Shown here piece by piece: positions 1 to 9,800 of a DNA stretch of 64,000 nt. The DNA is taken from positions 288,001 to 352,000 of the IMG/VR virus record IMGVR_UViG_3300020045_008999; one strand, given 5' to 3'. Made by a program: the position numbers and the translations under genes. Within the stretch, counting starts at the first letter, position 1; each line of letters opens with the position of its first letter. The DNA comes from a virus (lineage: Duplodnaviria > Heunggongvirae > Uroviricota > Caudoviricetes). The notes below the pieces were generated by a model. The model was not told where the DNA came from. It searched no databases and worked only from the letters and a program-made list of their open reading frames with translations.

Positions 1-118
1 CATTTCTGATGGGCCTTGTTGTTGACTTGGTACACGGGACCAATCCAATTTCGACCAATCCATTTAATAAATAGTCTTTTCCACTTGTCGCTGCCCCTAC
101 TAAAGTTATCTTTTTCAT
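1..118 (-). CDS. gmk: Guanylate kinase-like NMP kinase, N-terminal part (runs off window start)
   Basis: Not in the ORF track. Manual translation gives MKKITLVGAATSGKDYLLNGLVEIGLVPCTKSTTRPIRN: P-loop GxxxSGK plus the TTRPxR motif typical of guanylate kinases. Confidence 0.7.
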   Translation of the reverse strand, partial: MKKITLVGAATSGKDYLLNGLVEIGLVPCTKSTTRPIRN

Positions 119-170
119 ATTTATTATATATAATTGATACTAATTTGTTGTTTAATATTATAATTATATT

Positions 171-178
171 TACATTTG
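171..178 (+). promoter_or_regulatory. Bacteroidota housekeeping-sigma -7 element (TACATTTG), early/host-type promoter
   Basis: Matches TAnnTTTG, with TTG 20 nt upstream; lies ~40 nt before the kinase ORF at 217. Confidence 0.6.
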
Positions 179-216
179 TACACGAATAATTTAATATTAT
201 AAATACCAAAAAATAT

Positions 217-723
217 ATGAAAATATGTATTATTAGTCACGCGAGGTGGGGGAAGGATACACTAGGTGAATTTTTACTAGAAACGCATGGTATAAAGTTT
301 GCATCATCATCACAAACCGCAAATGATCTTTTTATATTTGATACATTAAAGGATCAATATGGCTACTCCACGGTTGAAGAGTGCTTCGAGGATCGAATAA
401 ATCACCGCGATGAATGGTATCAAATGATTTGCGATTTCAATCGTGATGATCGAACTAAACTAGCAAGATGTATATTAGACCGAGCCGACGCATACGTTGG
501 GATGCGAGATTTGCAGGAAATGGAATCAGCAGTTGCTGAAAAATTATTCGATCACATCATATGGGTGGATGCATCAAAGCGACTACCACCGGAGCCGATC
601 GAATCCTTTAATATTCCACAAAGTTTTGCTGACATTACGATCGATAACAATGGAACTCTTGAAGAATTCAAGCTAAAAGCGTGGGAACTTGGTGAGTTTT
701 TAACAAAAAAGGATGTTCATTAG
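217..723 (+). CDS. Phage deoxynucleoside monophosphate kinase-like P-loop protein
   Basis: N-terminal HARWGKDT P-loop variant; YVGMR, IWVDAS and D..IDNNGTLEE motifs typical of phage dNMP kinases. Confidence 0.65.
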   Translation: MKICIISHARWGKDTLGEFLLETHGIKFASSSQTANDLFIFDTLKDQYGYSTVEECFEDRINHRDEWYQMICDFNRDDRTKLARCILDRADAYVGMRDLQEMESAVAEKLFDHIIWVDASKRLPPEPIESFNIPQSFADITIDNNGTLEEFKLKAWELGEFLTKKDVH

Positions 724-736
724 AACATCCTTTTTT
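705..736. terminator. Bidirectional intrinsic terminator
   Basis: aaaaaaggatgttc-atta-gaacatcctttttt perfect stem between convergent genes. Confidence 0.8.
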
Positions 737-1098
737 TAATCATTATCCAAATCATCAACCGGTGTTATTTCATCCGTTTTAGCTTTGGAAAAATTATCAA
801 AATTCATTATTTTTCCGGCGGGTTTTGCCAATTTTCTATCACGTAACGCTTGTTTAATTGCTTTGGTATCTACTTTTTTAACTCTACTCTTTTTACCAGT
901 TCTGGGACCATGGTTTTTACCCATTTCCAATTGAACTTTTTGAATGGATCCTGAACCAGTGTTATATGGAAAACTAATATCACCAGAACCAATAGTACTA
1001 CCAGCGACATCCCCCGCATAAGCGGATGGTTGTGCCGAAACTATTGCACCCATACCACTAATCTCACCATCCTCATTTATACCTTTAATATGTTTCAT
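736..1098 (-). CDS. Hypothetical protein, candidate internal head protein
   Basis: ORF with N-terminal MKHIKGINE and basic middle; late motif at 1121-1129. Confidence 0.55.
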   Translation of the reverse strand: MKHIKGINEDGEISGMGAIVSAQPSAYAGDVAGSTIGSGDISFPYNTGSGSIQKVQLEMGKNHGPRTGKKSRVKKVDTKAIKQALRDRKLAKPAGKIMNFDNFSKAKTDEITPVDDLDND

Positions 1099-1146
1099 GT
1101 TTACTGAAATTTAGTTTATGTATATATTAAAAGTCAAATGTCATAA

Positions 1147-2043
1147 TTATGGTACTGCGTTAATTGCCGCCAGATCATTCATTTGAATGTAATAAGTCCC
1201 AATGTCATTATTCAGAAAAAATAGCAATTCAAAAAATTGTGGACCATTACTCATTATATTGGGTGAAAACAAGTAAATAAAATCGGAATTTGTTAAATCT
1301 TGATCAATGTATTTAATTCGCCCATGGTCGTATAGGTATTTTCTAGCAACCCTCAACCTGGCATATACCTCAGATCGGCTACTTGTGTATTTTATATCTG
1401 ATAAAATATACCTATTAATACTTTCTTGAATTTCAACCACCTCATGTGATTTTGGAATTTTTTTATTTGGACCAGCAAATACTGAATAAAACGATAGTAG
1501 ATTATTTATCTTCAAGCGTAATCTAATACTGTCTAATTTAGGATCTAATATCCGGACTATATTATTATCTGAATACATCCCAGCCCCCTTGACCATTTGA
1601 TCATCAATTAAGTGATATAATTCATGTAAAATAGTGTATCTAGCGGATGGGTCGTTTATTATAGATTCATCTATAATAATGAAATGTGTATGGTACCGGG
1701 AGCTTCTAACATATAAACCACGTAAGTTGGTAAGCGCGGTATATTTTTCATCCTTTAAGGATACCACTATTATTTTTATTTTAATAATGGCGGTAGTTAT
1801 ATTTCGCTTTTGAATTGCTGTCAATTTAGTGGAATTTGTGACGTCTGATAAAATCTCAGCTTTACTATCAATAACCACACTATGGGTCGTTTTTTGATTT
1901 CGATATTTTTTAATAATACCATTAATTGATGAATCTGTTCGATATTCGCGATATGATTCCAGTGGGTTATTAAAAAAAATATTGCCGTTGAGATAAAGAA
2001 TCCCAACCAGCAATATTATTAAATAGTATATCGAATGTTTCAT
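1147..2043 (-). CDS. Membrane-anchored zincin-like metallopeptidase
   Basis: N-terminal hydrophobic segment; HELYH (HExxH) and downstream EVYAR third-ligand motif. Confidence 0.6.
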   Translation of the reverse strand: MKHSIYYLIILLVGILYLNGNIFFNNPLESYREYRTDSSINGIIKKYRNQKTTHSVVIDSKAEILSDVTNSTKLTAIQKRNITTAIIKIKIIVVSLKDEKYTALTNLRGLYVRSSRYHTHFIIIDESIINDPSARYTILHELYHLIDDQMVKGAGMYSDNNIVRILDPKLDSIRLRLKINNLLSFYSVFAGPNKKIPKSHEVVEIQESINRYILSDIKYTSSRSEVYARLRVARKYLYDHGRIKYIDQDLTNSDFIYLFSPNIMSNGPQFFELLFFLNNDIGTYYIQMNDLAAINAVP

Positions 2044-2318
2044 TATTCGGTTTTGATAAATTCACCGCTTTCGAAATCGATGTTCCCTTTACCATATTTT
2101 CCAAAAATAACTTCGGCCAATGCTTTATCAGCATCAACTACTTTAACAAATGCTTCGGTTAGTTGCTGTTTTTTTTGCTCTATGGTAATTTTTTGTACCT
2201 CTAATGAACCCAAATCATATGTAATATTTTGGATTTCTTTTTGAATTCCCTGAATATCTTCAAGTTCTTCTCTAGTTAATTTTGTTCTTTCTTCGCTCAT
2301 GGGATTATTTTTTTTCAT
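2043..2318 (-). CDS. Small coiled-coil hypothetical protein
   Basis: Heptad-rich ORF ending KYGKGNIDFESGEF; preceded by AAAC-N18-TATAAG at 2323-2350 (minus strand). Confidence 0.6.
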   Translation of the reverse strand: MKKNNPMSEERTKLTREELEDIQGIQKEIQNITYDLGSLEVQKITIEQKKQQLTEAFVKVVDADKALAEVIFGKYGKGNIDFESGEFIKTE

Positions 2319-2386
2319 ATTACTTATATAGAATATTATTAAGATAGTTTAAATAAAATATACATAAATTTGAAAAATTCATTAAA

Positions 2387-3022
2387 TTATTCAGGCACTA
2401 TCGTTGTTGTGCTGGTAGTTGTACTAGTTGTCGTGATTTCAGGCTCTTCTGGGATCATTGTTGTAGTACTGGTAGTAGTACTGGTAGTAGTAGCCTCTGG
2501 TTCTTCAGGTACCACTGTTGTAGTACTTGTAGTACTTGTAGTACTAGTTGTCGTGATTTCCGGTTCTTCTGGCACCATTGTAGTAGTGCTGGTAGTAGTG
2601 CTGGTAGTAGTACTAGTAGTTGTTTCGGGTATAATGTTCACCGAACTAGATTTAATCCATAATTCAGGGGCTACATTATACGATAGGTCACCCTGTACTT
2701 GTAATAATAATCCATCAATAAGTAGTTCATCATCCAATTCCGATCCGGTAACAGTATATTCGTTTTGCGATAATAAATACTGTCTTAATTGGTCAATTTC
2801 TGCATATGATCGTGTTGTTATTCTTGATGAATATATTATTTTCCCACCGTATAATGGGGCCGCGCTAGGGGCCGGGTCGATGGAATCTTCTACAACAAAT
2901 TTGTATTTTTTCTCAGCGGGAATTCGAATAAATTGAGTTATTTCTATATATACTATAGATACTTTACTATTATTATCTCTAAGATCAGTGAAGTAAGTAA
3001 TTGGTGTTGATGTTTGTATCAT
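2387..3022 (-). CDS. Tail-operon protein with mucin-like Thr/Ser-rich C-terminal repeats
   Basis: Four repeats of (PE)EPE(I/A)TTTSTTTSTTT(M/V/I)xPE; in the fibre operon. Confidence 0.65.
   Translation of the reverse strand: MIQTSTPITYFTDLRDNNSKVSIVYIEITQFIRIPAEKKYKFVVEDSIDPAPSAAPLYGGKIIYSSRITTRSYAEIDQLRQYLLSQNEYTVTGSELDDELLIDGLLLQVQGDLSYNVAPELWIKSSSVNIIPETTTSTTTSTTTSTTTMVPEEPEITTTSTTSTTSTTTVVPEEPEATTTSTTTSTTTMIPEEPEITTTSTTTSTTTIVPE
2393..2627 (-). repeat. Degenerate coding tandem repeat (~57-60 bp unit)
   Basis: Repeated gtagtactggtagtagt / tctggttcttc units encoding the Thr-rich tail. Confidence 0.8.
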
Positions 3023-3041
3023 TTTTATTTATTTTTATTTT

Positions 3042-3809
3042 TTAAGAAAAATCAAAAGTATATTGTCCTACTACGTTTGAATACCCAGAAAAGTTTCCTG
3101 ATGTATCAAATGCTCTTACTCGGTACCAGTACTGAGTATTTACGGTAACTGTACCATCAGAATAATCATTACTATAAGATGTATCCACAATAGTGAAACC
3201 ACTGTTATTATTAGTAGTGCTTCTCTCTACCTCATACCCTCCTATCCCTACATTATCGGTAGACACTGTCCAACTTAAATTAATTTGTGTCGACGATATT
3301 AAACTTGCTGATAACCCAGATGGGTTCGTTGGTGGTGTAGTATCAACGATAGCACAAGAACCCATTGATGTTATGACACCACTTCTGGAAATATATGCAT
3401 ATTTATACGCTTCAAACTCATCGATGAATCTCCAATAACTATCAAATCCATCATAAATAGTTGTTAATGTAGAATTGGTATACAGTATTGAACTTACTAC
3501 CAAAACACTATCCGGTGAATATAAATAAACACCCTCAAACGAGCCTGTTGCACATGTAGTACTCGAAGATCCAGATCCGGAATTTAGGTCTAATAAATGA
3601 GTGTATGCGGTAACTACTGTGTGTTGGTAGCCATACCATTCACTTATTGTGGCTGGATTAGTTGCCGAAGGCTTAGGTGATGCACCTGAGCGTATTATCA
3701 CAATTGACCCATTCTCAGCTTCATCTAATGATATTTGAGTTGTACGCGAGCGGCCTAATTCTACATTAATGTCACCCATTGATATTTGTCCAGATGATGG
3801 TAGTGTCAT
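3042..3809 (-). CDS. Putative tail-fibre tip/adhesin with C-terminal fibronectin type III domain
   Basis: N-terminus MTLPSSGQISMGDINVELG is typical of fibre-tip adhesins; DTTPPTNP...LSW...DNVG...Y.V.R...YWYRVRAFD is an Fn3 signature; directly downstream of the giant fibre. Confidence 0.7.
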   Translation of the reverse strand: MTLPSSGQISMGDINVELGRSRTTQISLDEAENGSIVIIRSGASPKPSATNPATISEWYGYQHTVVTAYTHLLDLNSGSGSSSTTCATGSFEGVYLYSPDSVLVVSSILYTNSTLTTIYDGFDSYWRFIDEFEAYKYAYISRSGVITSMGSCAIVDTTPPTNPSGLSASLISSTQINLSWTVSTDNVGIGGYEVERSTTNNNSGFTIVDTSYSNDYSDGTVTVNTQYWYRVRAFDTSGNFSGYSNVVGQYTFDFS

Positions 3810-3835
3810 ATTTTATATTATTTTTATATTTTTTA

Positions 3836-6800
3836 TTACTCTAATTTACTAATTCGCAATTCCAGATTTTTTATTACAGTAGCTTGTTCTTTGATTCCCT
3901 CAATTAACAATGCAACCAATTTTTCGTATTTTACTGCTTTATATCCATTATCGCGAGTATCTACTAACTCAGGTAATATTTCTTCAATTTCCTGAGCGAT
4001 AACCCCTATATCACTACCACTATAAACATTTTGTTTATCATTCCATTCAAATGTGTATCCACCTATTTTAGATATTTTATCTAATGCGTTGGGGATTGGT
4101 TTTATGTTATCTTTTAGTCTTTTATCAGAAGAATAAAAAGCGATTACATCTCCAGTGGATCTGAATGTACCATCCTGTGACATTGTAAATTTAGACCCGG
4201 CCGCTGTTGCAGTACCAAAGTGAAAACCTATTGCATCCACGCCACTAACCACACCCGCAGTTCCTTGAAAATAACTCAATCCATAAGGTGTAGCATTTCC
4301 TAAATAATATATAGGTGATCTACCATTTGCCACATAAGTTGTGCATGCAAATCCACCGGATCCAGATGCATATATTGTACCGGTAGCGGTTACCGAAGAT
4401 GCGAATGAAGCCGTTAAATTAGCACCCAATGATAGAGCCTCCCTAAACACATATGCACTACCATTATACCCAAACGTTTTTAAAGATAATCGTGAGCCAT
4501 AAGTACCAGTAGAACCATCTGTGATACCTATTATTTCAAATGCGGTGTTACCACCAGCTATCCCATTGTCAATAGATCTTAAATATCCATTTAAAGATAC
4601 ATAAGAGTTACTTATTAAGCCTGTTCCGGTAATACTTCCAGAAGACCAGATACCACTAACTGATATAGTCGACCTAACAATCCCAGCTTCCGCAACATAT
4701 AATCCCCAGCCAGAACCTTTACCAGCACCCCAAAATGACTCATTTGAAAATCCGATACCATACATATTTCCTAGAGTCGAATCCGTTGGAAGATATGAAG
4801 AGCCAATTGTATAAATAGGGTTGGATTTATCCCCATTTCCTCCAACACTGTTAAAACTACCAACTAGATGCCCAGATGAGTGTGCACTTCTTCCAATATT
4901 CCCTGACATGTCACCACCCGATTTAGGTAAAGCATATGTACCAAAATTACTAGAGTCTAACAAAGTTTTCCAACTAGAAAATGTATTATTATATACTGAT
5001 CTATACTTCATAACGTCAGTACCTTCCCAGTTTATGTATAGCTGAGTTCCATATGAAGCCCCACCATTCTCGTGTCTCATATTTAAGTAATTCCCCCAAA
5101 GGAAACTACCACCATTGGTTGGATTGTATGCATCTTGCCACCCCATAGTACCTGCTGGTGTATCAGAAAACATAGTATTAGCGTTAGTAGTACTACCAAC
5201 TCTATCTAGTACTATACTTTTTCCAGCAATTAAAGATGCTGCTGTACCTGTTAGTCCCGTACCTGCACCATTAAAGATTGTCCCATTGAAGGTTGTTGCT
5301 GTTACAGTACCTGCTGTTGAGAATCTAACTTGCTCTGCTCCATTTATAAACACACCTAGTCCATTTGATGCCGTTCCAGCACTTCTAATATTACCAAATG
5401 ACCAAGTATCACTATACCAGTTAAAGTTAAGTAATTTAACAGGTTGGTTTGAACTATAAGAAGGTTGTGTTATAGTAATTGCATTGCTTTCTGTAGCAGA
5501 TGCTAATGTAACTGTGCCTGTGTTAAGTATATTAGTAGCAGTAGTTGCACTACTTGCATTGCCGGCTAAGTTACCTATGAATGTTGGCGCAGTGACACTT
5601 GCAGTAAATACAGTAGTTCCATCAGCTTTAAATCTAACAGTTTCGGACCCGGCATTATTACCGCCAATAATTAAATCCGCTCTAGTTCCAGATACTGCAC
5701 CAATTCCACTTTGGATGTAATTTAAACCACCACTGGTTATAAGTCTAAAGTAGCCATTAGTTCCTCCGGTATCCCCTAGTATTAGAGGAACTTGATTTGG
5801 TATAGTTAAACTTCCGGTTAGAGCTCCACCTGATAATGGTAGTTTAGTAGCATCAGCAACCGTTATATTAGCAGACCCGTTAAATGCCACACCGTTAATG
5901 TTTCTAGAAGTTGCTAATATAGTAGCTGATGCGACTGCACCTGATACATCAGCACCTAGTATATCAAATGAATTGGTATTTAAAGAAGTACTCGGTCTTA
6001 GTGAAGTTCCCGTGGCAAATTCAACATAACCGCCTTCAGCTCTTGCACATATTTTAATCCATGTATATGGTATTACGAAAGCTGATGTATAATTGACTAC
6101 TCTAAAATTGGCCGCAATACTACTACTATTCCCCCCTATTGGTAAAATGTAGTATAGAACATCCCATGTAGTTAATGGAATACCAGCAGCTGTAGCAGTT
6201 TTATTTGTTGCACCACCTACACCAGTTATTGTTCCCGAAGTCGGACATGTTATATCAAAGTAACCATTTGTACTAAAATGTGATCCATTTCCGTTACTCA
6301 TTAAGATAAAGCGTTGGCTCCATAAAACATCGTAGGTTGCACTAATGGTAATAGTTCCGCCACCAGTTACTACTGTTCTTGCTATATTTATAGCATCTAT
6401 TGAGGTGCTGTCAGTTATAGTGCTCCATGCTTGTGTATGTGAAGTTAAGCTCCATCTAGCATCACCTAAACTATTAAAATCAGTAATTCCAAATCCCCCA
6501 ATAGTAGTTGGCTTTGATGTTATTCCTGACCATGTCACATTTGTAGCAGTTGTTGCATTTCCGCTTAAAGCTCCTATAAAAGTCGGTGCTATTATATTTC
6601 CGTAGGAACTAAGAACTCCGACATTAGTTATACTTAGTAAACTAACTGCAACAGTACTGTTAGAAGGCATTCTACTAATAGAAAATGAGTCACCATTTCT
6701 ACCCATTTGAAGACCCCAAGATACATCTGTTAAGTCTTTTGTATTTGTTACAGGATTATAATTAGTCCATAAGGCAGTGCCTACATACCCAGTAACCCCT

Positions 6801-9800
6801 GATGAGTTTATTGTAAGCATTCCTAACTTAGACTGTGCATTGTCTCCTGTTGTAGGTGCCCAAAGATACCCTAAAGGATTATTAGTTCCGATTCCTACAA
6901 AACCATTATTCTTTATTCTTATAGCTTCTATAGGAGATGCTATGTCACCTACTGTCAAGCTTAAGTCCCCTAAGTAACCAGCACCTAGAGAAAGAACTTT
7001 AGTAGAGTAATTATAGTTTAGTCGTCCTTTATAATATACATCAACACCTATATCAAGATTAGAGTTGCCATCAGCACTCCCTAAGATCAGAGACTTTGCT
7101 ATTGAAACATCGTTAGCACTTACTGTTAAATTCTTATTCCCGCCTACAGTAATTCCTAACTCAGTAGTGTTACCACCTGCGAATATAAATGCTTTATTAG
7201 CACTAGCATGAGCACTATTATAAACACCTACTTGTAAAGTAGATAATCCATTATCATTTACAGCAGTAAAACTTGAGTACCCACTAGTAGAAGTCTCTTT
7301 GTAGTTTAATCCATTAGAGTCTTGAAAAGCCTTACTATTTGCTACTGAGGTAGCTCCTGAAAATATAGGAATAAAATTATTTGTTCCACCGCCTTCAATA
7401 ATTGAATTTGTTATTCCGTATCCTGCTAAAGTTGTAGGGTTTGCAGGTGCTGATAACACACCGGTAGAACTTACTACAACAAATCTGTTTCCAGTTCCTG
7501 TTAAATTAGATAGTGTGTTTACGCCAGTGGTTCTTAGTGTTCCTGTAACTTCTAGTCTATTTCCTGTGGAAGCTCCTCCAATACCTACATTCCCTGAGTT
7601 ATCTGCATGAAATACGGACATGCTAACATTATTCAACCATTCCATTGTTTGTCCACTAAACAAGTGTCTCCATCTAGCAGTTCCCGTTCTAGTGTATGAA
7701 AAAGATAGGTCTTCACCTGTAGTGGAAGCATAGTTGATCATGTCCGATCCAAAAGATCCAGCAACCTTTCCTATGTTTAAAATAGAAGATGTAAATATTG
7801 AATTATTAGTACCCTCTATTCTTGTATTTCCTAGTAATCTAGTGGTTCCTGCTACATCAAGCATGTAGCTCGAATTAGTATTTGTTCCTAATAATAAGTT
7901 TCCATACCATCTACCAAATACTGTTGCGGTATTTCCAAATACAGAAGTGTTGGAACCTAGACCTGTTACTGCATGCCCAACAACTAATTGATTAGTTTGC
8001 CCATCTGCTAGTACTTTACTATTCAATCCTATTAATATGGAACTTGTTGAAGTGGTGTTAACTGTTGAACCGTTTGCTATATATCTTCCTGCATCATGCC
8101 CTAAAAATACATTACCGGATCCAGTGGTATTTCCATAACCTGATTCATATCCCAGGAATGTATTATTACTTCCTGTGGTTGTTAAATAACCGGATCTAGT
8201 TCCTAAGAATGTGTTCTGACTACCTGTGGATGCTGTGAATCCTGCTTGATACCCTAGAAATGAATTGTTATTCCCTGTTGTTGTATTAAACCCAGTTTGG
8301 CTACCTACATAGGAATTATTTACTCCCATAGAGTTCAGATACCCTGCTTGATACCCTAGAAATGAATTGTTGGTTGCTGTAGTGTTAAACACCCCCGCCC
8401 TGTTTCCAATGAAGGTGTTTCCTATTCCAGAAGAATTGTACATTCCATTGTTGTCACCTATGAATACATTTGTTGCACCACTTCCTCTTTGTTGAAATAA
8501 CTTAGTATTAGAGCTGTTGTATAATTCTATTAAAGGCGTTGATATTGTAACTAACTGTATACTTAAAACTATAGTTCCATTAAAGTCTGATGTAGGTGTA
8601 ATTGTAAGTGCTCCTGTCGTCGAGGTTCTTGGTTGTATACTTCCTGTATTGTTAATTCCAACTTGAGTATGCCCCCCAAAATCTAATATAAAGGATCCTG
8701 CTGTTCTATTTGTTATTGTCCAAGTGATATTATATACATTGTTACTTAGAGCACTATTTGCTACTATAGTTGTAACACTTCCAGGAACGTGAGTGTAACC
8801 AGTTGTAAAGTCAGACCCTGTCCAAGAAGCATCAACTGTTCCTGTTGTTAATATATTCGTTCCCGCAGAAGGAGCATCACTAGAACTAGTTCCTCTTATG
8901 GTAGTCATTCCATAAAGTCTTGAAGTCCCATTAACGTCTAACTTAAATCCCGAATTTGTTGTAGATCCTATTATAAAATTCCCACTACTTGTAAGTAATA
9001 ATTTAGTGTCATCTGCTATTGTAGGGGACGTTAAATCTGTGGTTGTTCTATTCAAAAAATGTAAATCCCCTGTACCTACACCTCCAGCGGAAGTTCTTTT
9101 GAAAATTATTCCAGCTTTAAAATGATTATTATTTCCTGTTATAAACAATATACCTGTCGTGTTCCCGTTATTAGATGCTGTGTTTTGTACTGTCAGTGGC
9201 CAATTCTCTATAACATTTGTATTAGTTAATAAAGCTCTGGTAGATCCTGTTACATCTAATTTATAACCGGATGTAGAAGTCCCGCCTATAACAGTATCAC
9301 CTAATAGTTTAGTCGTTCCGGTTACCTCAAATTTAAACCCATTGTCTATTATGGATCCTATTAAGGTATTACCATTACTCTTTATAACTAATTTAGCATC
9401 AGTAGCTACAGTTATTGGAGTTGAGTTTGCATTACTACTAGTCAGAAAATACAAGTCCCCTATTCCAAAGGAACCTGTTCTCTTAAATATAATTCCACCT
9501 TTAACGCTATTAATATCACCTACTCCTATTAAAATACCGGTTGTGCTACCAACTGTAGCTGTGTTGTTGGTTACTGTTAAGTTCCAATTCTCACCAGTAG
9601 TAGTATCTAGATTATGAACTCTACTTTTTCCTATTGTATCTAGCCTATAGCCATTGTCAGTGTAAGTTCCACCATTTTGTAGTAATAAATTTCCTGTATT
9701 GCTAAAGAACTGACCTTGTGTAGTTCCTCCTGTTAAAAAAGATAGGTTGTTGCTAACTCCATGAATTCCTGTTGACATGTTGCCGTTAGGTACGGTTGAA

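Noticed and set aside
2393-2627. Regularly spaced repeats as a possible CRISPR array
   Set aside because: The units are degenerate, in-frame and encode Thr/Ser tracts; there are no unique spacers and no cas genes.
2370-2936. Plus-strand Val-rich ORF and many other antisense ORFs (e.g. 4821-6977, 11026-12123, 27823-28563, 62318-63421)
   Set aside because: They are shadow frames of long genes on the opposite strand, with no promoter motifs or recognisable domains.
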